DNA of 64,000 bases from assembly GCA_964016885.1 (NCBI GenBank), contig OZ024743.1, forward strand, positions 311,426,001-311,490,000, read 5' to 3'. Shown one piece after another: positions 9,307 through 20,506 of the stretch. Both the position numbers and the translations under genes were made by a program. The DNA is from Eledone cirrhosa (Eukaryota). Below the pieces are notes generated by a model. The model was not told the DNA's origin, made no database searches, and saw nothing but the letters and a program-made list of their open reading frames with translations. Each line of letters begins with the position of its first letter. Position 1 is the stretch's first letter.

Positions 9307-11217
9307 ATGGCGGAGCCACGCCCCCTAGAGGCGGGTCTGCTGTCGTGCAACGGCGACTTGAGCGTTGAGAGGAGAGGTGAGGCGAGGAGCGCCACCAGCA
9401 CGAATGTGAGCAGCGACAGTGCCAGCACCAACGGGCCGAGCGGCGCGGAAGGTGGTAACAGCGACAACACCAACACCAACAAGCCGAACAGCGCAGAAGG
9501 TGGTAATAGCGAGAGCACCAACAAAACGAACAGCACAGAGAGTAATAGTAGCGACAGCAGCAGCACCAACAAGGCCAACAGCACAGAAGGTAACCACGAC
9601 ACAGGGGAGAACAACAACAGCAATAGCAGCAGCAACACCAACAAGAACAACAACAGTGACAACACCAACAAGAACACTTTCGCTGCTGTGGCAGCGGCTA
9701 AAAGGAGACCATGCTACAGCATCGACTTAACCAACAGAGAGGAAAAGTTGGCCCAGGCCTGGAAAATCATAAATCAAGAGCAGACCTGGGCAAACTTAAC
9801 TGTCCCGGCAGAAGCCATTGAGGCAGTGGAAAAAAGAACGGTGCATTTCAGATGCATCTCAGTAGAGACAAAGAGGGCAGCGATAATCGCCCAAGCTGAC
9901 ATAGAAGCCGCACTGAAATACATCAGAGAGGACACAGACTTCATAGAGAGGGGCAGGCAATACGGCACCGTTTCGGTGCTGTTCAAGTCTGAAGCCCTCG
10001 CTGTGAAGCATTCAGTGACCCCTTGCAAAACCAGCAAGGTCATAATGTACCCCTCCCACATGGGAAAACGAATAGCACGTGTGCGCATTCCCAGGATTCC
10101 ACCAGGACTTGATATGTGGTGGCTCCTGGGTTGCGTAATCGTGGAAGGAACGGATACAGTCCCGGTAGAGGCAACGAGAACTGCCAGGGACGACTGGTCC
10201 GGGGTTGATCTGGAGATACTGCTCCAAATCAGACCCGAAAACGTGAAAGCAATCCCGGACCACATCCGCCTCCAAAACGGGAGGGTGTTGCATATAATGA
10301 CTGAGGGCAAAAGGCCGCATTGTTTCCTTTGTGGGGAAACGACACACTTGCGAGCCTTCTGCCCTCAACTGCCGAAAAGCGCAAGGGGTCGAAAGATTCC
10401 ACTGCTGGCGACGCCGGGACAAGGACCACCAGCAACACCGTCAACAATGGAACCACCAAAATTGCACACCCAGGGGGGAAACGAGGAAAGCTCTCCCATT
10501 CCCCCTCCCCCCCAAAATACACACACGAACAAGAACATAAACACTCACTCAGACACAAACACGCTCACAGCCACAGACCCCTCATCCTCCAGCAGTGAAG
10601 ATGAGGGAAAACCAAAGTCCCCCAAAATACAAAAAACAAAACACAAAAAAAAAAGAAATCCACAAAGCACAAACACCCCCACAAAACAAAATACACACAC
10701 CACCCACACAAACATTTTCCCCACAGCATCACCAACACAACCACCAAAATCCCCCAAACGCAAACAAGCTAAACAGACACAAGAACAAATAGACACACAA
10801 ACATCAGAAACTACAGACACCCCACCCACAACAAACGCAGACACAATAGAAACAACACTAACAAAGCTATCACCACCACAATCACACGAACAAATAAAAC
10901 CCGAGCAACAAAACATTAAAAACTTCGTGCTTGCCAGAAGGGCCAACAAGGAATTGATGGCCCATGTAGCACGTAGCACAAACATCGAAAAAGACGGGGA
11001 AACATTTGAAGCGAGCACATTTCGCGTACCAGATAATTTGCTTCTGATGCGAATGTCGCTCGCTTCATACAAAGAAATTCGAAAGAGCTTTCCTCGGGAT
11101 GTGGGAACCCCGAACGTAAAACCCACGTCAAGACTATTAAAGGGGTTCCCAAAAGAAACCCCACAAACCATGGAGGTCGAACCACCCGACCTTCACAAGA
11201 CCCCGGAAGGTAAGTAA
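9307..11217 (+). CDS. ORF1, copy 3
   Basis: Same protein as 3467..5377. Confidence 0.92.
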   Translation: MAEPRPLEAGLLSCNGDLSVERRGEARSATSTNVSSDSASTNGPSGAEGGNSDNTNTNKPNSAEGGNSESTNKTNSTESNSSDSSSTNKANSTEGNHDTGENNNSNSSSNTNKNNNSDNTNKNTFAAVAAAKRRPCYSIDLTNREEKLAQAWKIINQEQTWANLTVPAEAIEAVEKRTVHFRCISVETKRAAIIAQADIEAALKYIREDTDFIERGRQYGTVSVLFKSEALAVKHSVTPCKTSKVIMYPSHMGKRIARVRIPRIPPGLDMWWLLGCVIVEGTDTVPVEATRTARDDWSGVDLEILLQIRPENVKAIPDHIRLQNGRVLHIMTEGKRPHCFLCGETTHLRAFCPQLPKSARGRKIPLLATPGQGPPATPSTMEPPKLHTQGGNEESSPIPPPPQNTHTNKNINTHSDTNTLTATDPSSSSSEDEGKPKSPKIQKTKHKKKRNPQSTNTPTKQNTHTTHTNIFPTASPTQPPKSPKRKQAKQTQEQIDTQTSETTDTPPTTNADTIETTLTKLSPPQSHEQIKPEQQNIKNFVLARRANKELMAHVARSTNIEKDGETFEASTFRVPDNLLLMRMSLASYKEIRKSFPRDVGTPNVKPTSRLLKGFPKETPQTMEVEPPDLHKTPEGK

Positions 11218-11246
11218 ACCTTTCCTCTCCCATTCATCCTGCCAGC

Positions 11247-14200
11247 ATGGCCATAAGAGTAGGAAGTTTAAATGTTCGTGGCCTGGGGTCGCCCTGGAAG
11301 CAAGGTCACTTGCTCAACGACCTCAGGTCACTAGGAATGGATGTAATTGCCATCAGCGAGACCAGAATTTCCGACACACGCGCACTGGCGCCGATTTTCG
11401 ACGATTATCAGATCTTTGCATCTGTTAGTCGGCCGGGAATGGGAGGTGGAGTGGCTGTGCTGTTTAGGAAATGTCTGGATCTCGAGGTAAGGTCAATCTT
11501 CCGGGATCCTGACGGAAAGTTGGTGGTCCTGGACGTGAGCAATAGCGAAGGTGGTGCCTTTAGACTGGTGGCCGTCTACGCCCCTACTGGGGCCGGTCGG
11601 CCGGACTTCTTTAGGCGCCTGGAAAACTTTCTGCTTACGTCTCGCCCTTTACTGTTAATAGGGGATTGGAATGGCATCTTAGAAGCACGCTGGGATTGTG
11701 TGGGAGTATCTGATAGGAGCGGGGGGTGCAAAAGCCTCAAGTACCTGATCAGCCAGTTTCAACTGTCTGACAGGTACCGACTAGATTTCCCTAATGCGCC
11801 AGTATGGACCTGGACCAATCGCATAGGGTCATCTAGATCGTACATAGATAGGATTTTCATTAGGAAAAGAGATAGAAATAGTGTAGGATGTCCACATTTT
11901 AAAACGGTTGCCTATTCAGATCACAAGCTTGTGATCTGTATGGTCGACCTAGATAAGACACGTAGGTTAGGACCTAGCTACTGGAAGCTAAACATGTCGT
12001 TTCCGGCACGTAAAGCTTACAGGGACCGGGTCAACAACTTAGTTAAGCAAAAGTTGACAGGGGGGGTTGTCAACAACAGGTGGTGGGGGGCACTCAAAAG
12101 AGAGATTAGAGCAACCTCGATAGGATTTAGCAAAGAAGTAGCAATAGAGAAAAATAGAAAAGAGGAGGGGCTGATAGCTAAGTTAGACGAGGCTATTTGT
12201 AGTGGCATTGCAACAGACGTGCTAGCGGCGAGAATGGCACTAGACCATTTCTTCAATGCGAAACACGAAGGTTGCATTGTCAGAGCTAAGGCGCGTGCTC
12301 TGAGGAACGAGGGAACCAAAGCTGCCCGATGGGCTCGCTTTGCAGAGACGCAGCGTGGAAATAAAACCACAATTCGGTCTTTGACGGATCGAGATGGACA
12401 CGAACTGAGCGATTCCAAGCGGATGTGTGAGGCCTTTCGCCAGCACTTTGCTCGATTGTTCGGGAGGATGGGTGAGTCGGAGACGGCGGCGGACTTCAGT
12501 CCCTACCTCGACGGCTTGCCACGCCTCTCGACGGCCGACGCTGAGCGCTGCGAAGAGCCGATAACATCAGCCGAAATTCAGGACGCCCTTGTCGGCTGCT
12601 CGAGTCGCAAGTCACCCGGTTTGGATGGTCTGCCCTACGAGCTTTACGTAAATATGCCAGACTTGTTCTCCGATCTCCTCGAAGCGCTCTACTGCAACTG
12701 GCAGCAGAACGGGAGCATTCCCAGTTCTGTGAGCCGTGGCGTAGTGACGCTGATAAGGAAAGACGAGAACAAGAGGGACACACTAGATAATTTCAGGCCC
12801 ATAACCCTGCTCAACACAGAGTTTAAGATTTTGGCCAAGGTGTTAGCGAAAAGGTTGGCGCTTGTCGTCAAAGATTTGGTTGGGGAGGCGCAAACTTGCG
12901 CAATCCCGACCAGGTCCATACACGACAACCTCCACCTCATGCGATACATCATAGAGAGGGTTGGGTGCAAACCTGGCTTCGGTGGGGCTCTGATCAATTT
13001 AGATCAATCGAAAGCATTCGATAGGGTCGACCATCGGTACTTGGAGGCTGTCCTCGAGGCGGCTGGCTTCGGCCCCGTCTTCAGAAGCTGGATCGCTGCA
13101 ATGTACAGCGGCATCCGCTCGGTGGTCAAAGTTAATGGCCACTTCTCGGAACCGTTTCAGATCTCTCGATCGGTCCGTCAAGGGTGCCCTCTCTCCTCAC
13201 TTCTGTACGTATTGACTCTTGAGCCTCTACTGCGGAAGCTGGAGTTGTTGCAGGGCATCCCGCTCGAACCGGGACGTAGAAAGGCTGCGTCCGCTTATGC
13301 GGACGACATCACCGTGATGGTGTCGGACACCTCGGAAATCGAGGTGATCCGCACCCATTTGGAGGAATATGAAAGGTTGACGGGAGCAAAACTTAACCCG
13401 GAAAAGTCGGTGGGCTTGCAGCTCGGCACCTGGAGAGGCAAGTCCATGCCGTCCAACAGCGTCGTTGGGCGCTGGACAGACGGACCGGTAAAGTTGCTCG
13501 GGGTTTGGTTCGGACCAGACCTCCAGGTGGATAAGAATTGGGACGAGGTGACGAGCAGGATAGCCAACCTCACCCAGAAATGGGCTGAGAGAAAGCTATC
13601 ACTGAAAGGGCGGGCGGAGGTGGCGAACGCGTACATCGCGTCCGTCATCTACTACCGCCTGACCGTCGTGCCTTGCCCCCGTCCACGCCTCGCCAATTTG
13701 GAACGGCTCCTTTTCAAATCTTTGTGGAGGGGACGGGTCCCGTTGGTGAGGCGGTCCATCTGCTGCCAGCACCCTCTTCGTGGAGGGCTGGGCATGCCGT
13801 GGCTAATGATGCGCAGACATGCGCTGAGGCTGCGACATCTCCAGATATTTTGCCTAAACGGTGAACAGGTGTGGTCGCCGTTTGTTAGACGGGCCTTTCC
13901 GCAGCTCATCTCTTTGACTGAGCTGCAGTCCTGGGTCAAGAAGAGACCGAGACTGGGCGACTGGCATCTGGAATGTTGCCAGGCGCTCACTGCACTCTGC
14001 AAGGTGGGCAATGCGGTCAGTGGAACTTCCACTCAAGATTTCTATAGAGGATTAGTGGAGGGCAAGTGCGATGACGTACTAGGAGAGGCTCTGGGCGTCA
14101 ACGAAGTAGAACTGACCAGTATGTTCCGGAGGACTTTCGAGCCGGGGACGATGGATAACTTCCAGAAATCCCTCGCTTGGCAGTGCTACCGGGGGGCGCT

Positions 14201-14666
14201 GCCGGTTCGGGATAAACTCTACAGGCACGGAAGTGCTGTCAGACGAACCTGCCCGAGATGCGCGCAGAGCGACGAAACCGTTCTGCACGCACTCGTCCAG
14301 TGTCCGTGCATTGCTGACTTGTGGGGTTATGTCGAACAGCTATTGTCGCGTGTAGAACGGATCCGGCTATCGTCCGAGTCCATAGTGAAGATTGACCCGC
14401 CGCCTTCTTTTGGTCAGGAAGGGCAGGCAATTTTCCTCTGCCTGGTGGCAGTAGCGAAAGAGGTTGCATGGTGGACCAGGTTGAAAGGACTGAAGACAGA
14501 CACTTTTCTCTTCGGCCAATCCCTCATCAACTTCTTCAAGTTTCACTTGGAAAGGAAGGTGAGGGTGGAGAGAGAAGTGCTGCCCCCCAGTACATTTACT
14601 GAAAGGTGGGTGAATGTGGCGAGAATGGCCCGCGTGAGTGGGCCTACTCTGATCATGCGCCTGTAG
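11247..14666 (+). CDS. ORF2 (EN-RT), copy 3
   Basis: Intact 1139 aa, same motifs. Confidence 0.97.
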   Translation: MAIRVGSLNVRGLGSPWKQGHLLNDLRSLGMDVIAISETRISDTRALAPIFDDYQIFASVSRPGMGGGVAVLFRKCLDLEVRSIFRDPDGKLVVLDVSNSEGGAFRLVAVYAPTGAGRPDFFRRLENFLLTSRPLLLIGDWNGILEARWDCVGVSDRSGGCKSLKYLISQFQLSDRYRLDFPNAPVWTWTNRIGSSRSYIDRIFIRKRDRNSVGCPHFKTVAYSDHKLVICMVDLDKTRRLGPSYWKLNMSFPARKAYRDRVNNLVKQKLTGGVVNNRWWGALKREIRATSIGFSKEVAIEKNRKEEGLIAKLDEAICSGIATDVLAARMALDHFFNAKHEGCIVRAKARALRNEGTKAARWARFAETQRGNKTTIRSLTDRDGHELSDSKRMCEAFRQHFARLFGRMGESETAADFSPYLDGLPRLSTADAERCEEPITSAEIQDALVGCSSRKSPGLDGLPYELYVNMPDLFSDLLEALYCNWQQNGSIPSSVSRGVVTLIRKDENKRDTLDNFRPITLLNTEFKILAKVLAKRLALVVKDLVGEAQTCAIPTRSIHDNLHLMRYIIERVGCKPGFGGALINLDQSKAFDRVDHRYLEAVLEAAGFGPVFRSWIAAMYSGIRSVVKVNGHFSEPFQISRSVRQGCPLSSLLYVLTLEPLLRKLELLQGIPLEPGRRKAASAYADDITVMVSDTSEIEVIRTHLEEYERLTGAKLNPEKSVGLQLGTWRGKSMPSNSVVGRWTDGPVKLLGVWFGPDLQVDKNWDEVTSRIANLTQKWAERKLSLKGRAEVANAYIASVIYYRLTVVPCPRPRLANLERLLFKSLWRGRVPLVRRSICCQHPLRGGLGMPWLMMRRHALRLRHLQIFCLNGEQVWSPFVRRAFPQLISLTELQSWVKKRPRLGDWHLECCQALTALCKVGNAVSGTSTQDFYRGLVEGKCDDVLGEALGVNEVELTSMFRRTFEPGTMDNFQKSLAWQCYRGALPVRDKLYRHGSAVRRTCPRCAQSDETVLHALVQCPCIADLWGYVEQLLSRVERIRLSSESIVKIDPPPSFGQEGQAIFLCLVAVAKEVAWWTRLKGLKTDTFLFGQSLINFFKFHLERKVRVEREVLPPSTFTERWVNVARMARVSGPTLIMRL

Positions 14667-15146
14667 GCTGGTGAATTCGAGAAGGAGAGGGGTGCCCTTC
14701 CCGGGTGCCCTAGGAGCGTCGGGTGGCTCAGGACTGGTGGGGTGCTTGAGTCAACCCTGGGTGGTGATCCCTCTTATTGGGGAACTTTCATTGTTGTATT
14801 TTTATTGTTATTTTGTCTTTTTGTTATTTATACTTACTCGATCTCTATGTAAACCCCCACTGTCCCTGTCTATTGTGTTGTCCCCTATATGTCGGCCCTT
14901 GTGGCCAATAAATGAAATCATTATTATTATTATTATTGACGAAAGTGGATGTACGTTTTTTGAAGCTCCGTGAGTAAGCAATTTTTGAGGATTAATTGTA
15001 GAGAATTGTTTATTTTTTGTACCGCTGAAGCATTATAAGACATTAATTTGTATCCTGTGAAGGAATAACTCATAATATTTGGGCCTTTTGGCCCAAATAT
15101 TTGAACTTTATTTTGAAAAAAATAATAATTTTTTTCTCAAAAAAAC

Positions 15147-17057
15147 ATGGCGGAGCCACGCCCCCTAGAGGCGGGTCTGCTGTCGTGCAACGGCGACTTG
15201 AGCGTTGAGAGGAGAGGTGAGGCGAGGAGCGCCACCAGCACGAATGTGAGCAGCGACAGTGCCAGCACCAACGGGCCGAGCGGCGCGGAAGGTGGTAACA
15301 GCGACAACACCAACACCAACAAGCCGAACAGCGCAGAAGGTGGTAATAGCGAGAGCACCAACAAAACGAACAGCACAGAGAGTAATAGTAGCGACAGCAG
15401 CAGCACCAACAAGGCCAACAGCACAGAAGGTAACCACGACACAGGGGAGAACAACAACAGCAATAGCAGCAGCAACACCAACAAGAACAACAACAGTGAC
15501 AACACCAACAAGAACACTTTCGCTGCTGTGGCAGCGGCTAAAAGGAGACCATGCTACAGCATCGACTTAACCAACAGAGAGGAAAAGTTGGCCCAGGCCT
15601 GGAAAATCATAAATCAAGAGCAGACCTGGGCAAACTTAACTGTCCCGGCAGAAGCCATTGAGGCAGTGGAAAAAAGAACGGTGCATTTCAGATGCATCTC
15701 AGTAGAGACAAAGAGGGCAGCGATAATCGCCCAAGCTGACATAGAAGCCGCACTGAAATACATCAGAGAGGACACAGACTTCATAGAGAGGGGCAGGCAA
15801 TACGGCACCGTTTCGGTGCTGTTCAAGTCTGAAGCCCTCGCTGTGAAGCATTCAGTGACCCCTTGCAAAACCAGCAAGGTCATAATGTACCCCTCCCACA
15901 TGGGAAAACGAATAGCACGTGTGCGCATTCCCAGGATTCCACCAGGACTTGATATGTGGTGGCTCCTGGGTTGCGTAATCGTGGAAGGAACGGATACAGT
16001 CCCGGTAGAGGCAACGAGAACTGCCAGGGACGACTGGTCCGGGGTTGATCTGGAGATACTGCTCCAAATCAGACCCGAAAACGTGAAAGCAATCCCGGAC
16101 CACATCCGCCTCCAAAACGGGAGGGTGTTGCATATAATGACTGAGGGCAAAAGGCCGCATTGTTTCCTTTGTGGGGAAACGACACACTTGCGAGCCTTCT
16201 GCCCTCAACTGCCGAAAAGCGCAAGGGGTCGAAAGATTCCACTGCTGGCGACGCCGGGACAAGGACCACCAGCAACACCGTCAACAATGGAACCACCAAA
16301 ATTGCACACCCAGGGGGGAAACGAGGAAAGCTCTCCCATTCCCCCTCCCCCCCAAAATACACACACGAACAAGAACATAAACACTCACTCAGACACAAAC
16401 ACGCTCACAGCCACAGACCCCTCATCCTCCAGCAGTGAAGATGAGGGAAAACCAAAGTCCCCCAAAATACAAAAAACAAAACACAAAAAAAAAAGAAATC
16501 CACAAAGCACAAACACCCCCACAAAACAAAATACACACACCACCCACACAAACATTTTCCCCACAGCATCACCAACACAACCACCAAAATCCCCCAAACG
16601 CAAACAAGCTAAACAGACACAAGAACAAATAGACACACAAACATCAGAAACTACAGACACCCCACCCACAACAAACGCAGACACAATAGAAACAACACTA
16701 ACAAAGCTATCACCACCACAATCACACGAACAAATAAAACCCGAGCAACAAAACATTAAAAACTTCGTGCTTGCCAGAAGGGCCAACAAGGAATTGATGG
16801 CCCATGTAGCACGAAGCACAAACATCGAAAAAGACGGGGAAACATTTGAAGCGAGCACATTTCGCGTACCAGATAATTTGCTTCTGATGCGAATGTCGCT
16901 CGCTTCATACAAAGAAATTCGAAAGAGCTTTCCTCGGGATGTGGGAACCCCGAACGTAAAACCCACGTCAAGACTATTAAAGGGGTTCCCAAAAGAAACC
17001 CCACAAACCATGGAGGTCGAACCACCCGACCTTCACAAGACCCCGGAAGGTAAGTAA
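15147..17057 (+). CDS. ORF1, copy 4
   Basis: Same protein as copies 2 and 3. Confidence 0.92.
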   Translation: MAEPRPLEAGLLSCNGDLSVERRGEARSATSTNVSSDSASTNGPSGAEGGNSDNTNTNKPNSAEGGNSESTNKTNSTESNSSDSSSTNKANSTEGNHDTGENNNSNSSSNTNKNNNSDNTNKNTFAAVAAAKRRPCYSIDLTNREEKLAQAWKIINQEQTWANLTVPAEAIEAVEKRTVHFRCISVETKRAAIIAQADIEAALKYIREDTDFIERGRQYGTVSVLFKSEALAVKHSVTPCKTSKVIMYPSHMGKRIARVRIPRIPPGLDMWWLLGCVIVEGTDTVPVEATRTARDDWSGVDLEILLQIRPENVKAIPDHIRLQNGRVLHIMTEGKRPHCFLCGETTHLRAFCPQLPKSARGRKIPLLATPGQGPPATPSTMEPPKLHTQGGNEESSPIPPPPQNTHTNKNINTHSDTNTLTATDPSSSSSEDEGKPKSPKIQKTKHKKKRNPQSTNTPTKQNTHTTHTNIFPTASPTQPPKSPKRKQAKQTQEQIDTQTSETTDTPPTTNADTIETTLTKLSPPQSHEQIKPEQQNIKNFVLARRANKELMAHVARSTNIEKDGETFEASTFRVPDNLLLMRMSLASYKEIRKSFPRDVGTPNVKPTSRLLKGFPKETPQTMEVEPPDLHKTPEGK

Positions 17058-17086
17058 ACCTTTCCTCTCCCATTCATCCTGCCAGC

Positions 17087-20000
17087 ATGGCCATAAGAGT
17101 AGGAAGTTTAAATGTTCGTGGCCTGGGGTCGCCCTGGAAGCAAGGTCACTTGCTCAACGACCTCAGGTCACTAGGAATGGATGTAATTGCCATCAGCGAG
17201 ACCAGAATTTCCGACACACGCGCACTGGCGCCGATTTTCGACGATTATCAGATCTTTGCATCTGTTAGTCGGCCGGGAATGGGAGGTGGAGTGGCTGTGC
17301 TGTTTAGGAAATGTCTGGATCTCGAGGTAAGGTCAATCTTCCGGGATCCTGACGGAAAGTTGGTGGTCCTGGACGTGAGCAATAGCGAAGGTGGTGCCTT
17401 TAGACTGGTGGCCGTCTACGCCCCTACTGGGGCCGGTCGGCCGGACTTCTTTAGGCGCCTGGAAAACTTTCTGCTTACGTCTCGCCCTTTACTGTTAATA
17501 GGGGATTGGAATGGCATCTTAGAAGCACGCTGGGATTGTGTGGGAGTATCTGATAGGAGCGGGGGGTGCAAAAGCCTCAAGTACCTGATCAGCCAGTTTC
17601 AACTGTCTGACAGGTACCGACTAGATTTCCCTAATGCGCCAGTATGGACCTGGACCAATCGCATAGGGTCATCTAGATCGTACATAGATAGGATTTTCAT
17701 TAGGAAAAGAGATAGAAATAGTGTAGGATGTCCACATTTTAAAACGGTTGCCTATTCAGATCACAAGCTTGTGATCTGTATGGTCGACCTAGATAAGACA
17801 CGTAGGTTAGGACCTAGCTACTGGAAGCTAAACATGTCGTTTCCGGCACGTAAAGCTTACAGGGACCGGGTCAACAACTTAGTTAAGCAAAAGTTGACAG
17901 GGGGGGTTGTCAACAACAGGTGGTGGGGGGCACTCAAAAGAGAGATTAGAGCAACCTCGATAGGATTTAGCAAAGAAGTAGCAATAGAGAAAAATAGAAA
18001 GGAGGAGGGGCTGATAGCTAAGTTAGACGAGGCTATTTGTAGTGGCATTGCAACAGACGTGCTAGCGGCGAGAATGGCACTAGACCATTTCTTCAATGCG
18101 AAACACGAAGGTTGCATTGTCAGAGCTAAGGCGCGTGCTCTGAGGAACGAGGGAACCAAAGCTGCCCGATGGGCTCGCTTTGCAGAGACGCAGCGTGGAA
18201 ATAAAACCACAATTCGGTCTTTGACGGATCGAGATGGACACGAACTGAGCGATTCCAAGCGGATGTGTGAGGCCTTTCGCCAGCACTTTGCTCGATTGTT
18301 CGGGAGGATGGGTGAGTCGGAGACGGCGGCGGACTTCAGTCCCTACCTCGACGGCTTGCCACGCCTCTCGACGGCCGACGCTAAGCGCTGCGAAGAGCCG
18401 ATAACATCAGCCGAAATTCAGGACGCCCTTGTCGGCTGCTCGAGTCGCAAGTCACCCGGTTTGGATGGTCTGCCCTACGAGCTTTACGTAAATATGCCAG
18501 ACTTGTTCTCCGATCTCCTCGAAGCGCTCTACTGCAACTGGCAGCAGAACGGGAGCATTCCCAGTTCTGTGAGCCGTGGCGTAGTGACGCTGATAAGGAA
18601 AGACGAGAACAAGAGGGACACACTAGATAATTTCAGGCCCATAACCCTGCTCAACACAGAGTTTAAGATTTTGGCCAAGGTGTTAGCGAAAAGGTTGGCG
18701 CTTGTCGTCAAAGATTTGGTTGGGGAGGCGCAAACTTGCGCAATCCCGACCAGGTCCATACACGACAACCTCCACCTCATGCGATACATCATAGAGAGGG
18801 TTGGGTGCAAACCTGGCTTCGGTGGGGCTCTGATCAATTTAGATCAATCGAAAGCATTCGATAGGGTCGACCATCGGTACTTGGAGGCTGTCCTCGAGGC
18901 GGCTGGCTTCGGCCCCGTCTTCAGAAGCTGGATCGCTGCAATGTACAGCGGCATCCGCTCGGTGGTCAAAGTTAATGGCCACCTCTCGGAACCGTTTCAG
19001 ATCTCTCGATCGGTCCGTCAAGGGTGCCCTCTCTCCTCACTTCTGTACGTATTGACTCTTGAGCCTCTACTGCGGAAGCTGGAGTTGTTGCAGGGCATCC
19101 CGCTCGAACCGGGACGTAGAAAGGCTGCGTCCGCTTATGCGGACGACATCACCGTGATGGTGTCGGACACCTCGGAAATCGAGGTGATCCGCACCCATTT
19201 GGAGGAATATGAAAGGTTGACGGGAGCAAAACTTAACCCGGAAAAGTCGGTGGGCTTGCAGCTCGGCACCTGGAGAGGCAAGTCCATGCCGTCCAACAGC
19301 GTCGTTGGGCGCTGGACAGACGGACCGGTAAAGTTGCTCGGGGTTTGGTTCGGACCAGACCTCCAGGTGGATAAGAATTGGGACGAGGTGACGAGCAGGA
19401 TAGCCAACCTCACCCAGAAATGGGCTGAGAGAAAGCTATCACTGAAAGGGCGGGCGGAGGTGGCGAACGCGTACATCGCGTCCGTCATCTACTACCGCCT
19501 GACCGTCGTGCCTTGCCCCCGTCCACGCCTCGCCAATTTGGAACGGCTCCTTTTCAAATTTTTGTGGAGGGGACGGGTCCCGTTGGTGAGGCGGTCCATC
19601 TGCTGCCAGCACCCTCTTCGTGGAGGGCTGGGCATGCCGTGGCTAATGATGCGCAGACATGCGCTGAGGCTGCGACATCTCCAGATATTTTGCCTAAACG
19701 GTGAACAGGTGTGGTCGCCGTTTGTTAGACGGGCCTTTCCGCAGCTCATCTCTTTGACTGAGCTGCAGTCCTGGGTCAAGAAGAGACCGAGACTGGGCGA
19801 CTGGCATCTGGAATGTTGCCAGGCGCTCACTGCACTCTGCAAGGTGGGCAATGCGGTCAGTGGAACTTCCACTCAAGATTTCTATAGAGGATTAGTGGAG
19901 GGCAAGTGCGATGACGTACTAGGAGAGGCTCTGGGCGTCAACGAAGTAGAACTGACCAGTATGTTCCGGAGGACTTTCGAGCCGGGGACGATGGATAACT

Positions 20001-20506
20001 TCCAGAAATCCCTCGCTTGGCAGTGCTACCGGGGGGCGCTGCCGGTTCGGGATAAACTCTACAGGCACGGAAGTGCTGTCAGACGAACCTGCCCGAGATG
20101 CGCGCAGAGCGACGAAACCGTTCTGCACGCACTCGTCCAGTGTCCGTGCATTGCTGACTTGTGGGGTTATGTCGAACAGCTATTGTCGCGTGTAGAACGG
20201 ATCCGGCTATCGTCCGAGTCCATAGTGAAGATTGACCCGCCGCCTTCTTTTGGTCAGGAAGGGCAGGCAATTTTCCTCTGCCTGGTGGCAGTAGCGAAAG
20301 AGGTTGCATGGTGGACCAGGTTGAAAGGACTGAAGACAGACACTTTTCTCTTCGGCCAATCCCTCATCAACTTCTTCAAGTTTCACTTGGAAAGGAAGGT
20401 GAGGGTGGAGAGAGAAGTGCTGCCCCCCAGTACATTTACTGAAAGGTGGGTGAATGTGGCGAGAATGGCCCGCGTGAGTGGGCCTACTCTGATCATGCGC
20501 CTGTAG
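17087..20506 (+). CDS. ORF2 (EN-RT), copy 4
   Basis: Intact 1139 aa; private E-to-K change (DAKRC). Confidence 0.97.
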   Translation: MAIRVGSLNVRGLGSPWKQGHLLNDLRSLGMDVIAISETRISDTRALAPIFDDYQIFASVSRPGMGGGVAVLFRKCLDLEVRSIFRDPDGKLVVLDVSNSEGGAFRLVAVYAPTGAGRPDFFRRLENFLLTSRPLLLIGDWNGILEARWDCVGVSDRSGGCKSLKYLISQFQLSDRYRLDFPNAPVWTWTNRIGSSRSYIDRIFIRKRDRNSVGCPHFKTVAYSDHKLVICMVDLDKTRRLGPSYWKLNMSFPARKAYRDRVNNLVKQKLTGGVVNNRWWGALKREIRATSIGFSKEVAIEKNRKEEGLIAKLDEAICSGIATDVLAARMALDHFFNAKHEGCIVRAKARALRNEGTKAARWARFAETQRGNKTTIRSLTDRDGHELSDSKRMCEAFRQHFARLFGRMGESETAADFSPYLDGLPRLSTADAKRCEEPITSAEIQDALVGCSSRKSPGLDGLPYELYVNMPDLFSDLLEALYCNWQQNGSIPSSVSRGVVTLIRKDENKRDTLDNFRPITLLNTEFKILAKVLAKRLALVVKDLVGEAQTCAIPTRSIHDNLHLMRYIIERVGCKPGFGGALINLDQSKAFDRVDHRYLEAVLEAAGFGPVFRSWIAAMYSGIRSVVKVNGHLSEPFQISRSVRQGCPLSSLLYVLTLEPLLRKLELLQGIPLEPGRRKAASAYADDITVMVSDTSEIEVIRTHLEEYERLTGAKLNPEKSVGLQLGTWRGKSMPSNSVVGRWTDGPVKLLGVWFGPDLQVDKNWDEVTSRIANLTQKWAERKLSLKGRAEVANAYIASVIYYRLTVVPCPRPRLANLERLLFKFLWRGRVPLVRRSICCQHPLRGGLGMPWLMMRRHALRLRHLQIFCLNGEQVWSPFVRRAFPQLISLTELQSWVKKRPRLGDWHLECCQALTALCKVGNAVSGTSTQDFYRGLVEGKCDDVLGEALGVNEVELTSMFRRTFEPGTMDNFQKSLAWQCYRGALPVRDKLYRHGSAVRRTCPRCAQSDETVLHALVQCPCIADLWGYVEQLLSRVERIRLSSESIVKIDPPPSFGQEGQAIFLCLVAVAKEVAWWTRLKGLKTDTFLFGQSLINFFKFHLERKVRVEREVLPPSTFTERWVNVARMARVSGPTLIMRL

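Larger units (their letters stand above)
9098..14937 (+). mobile_element. Tx1/L1-clade retrotransposon, full-length copy 3
   Basis: Exact 5840-bp period with copy 2; same junctions. Confidence 0.97.

Noticed and set aside
338-20309. Numerous antisense and alternate-frame ORFs inside the Tx1 copies, including Leu/Val-rich membrane-like peptides
   Set aside because: By-products of A/C strand bias in ORF1 and GC-rich codons in ORF2; repeated only because the element is repeated
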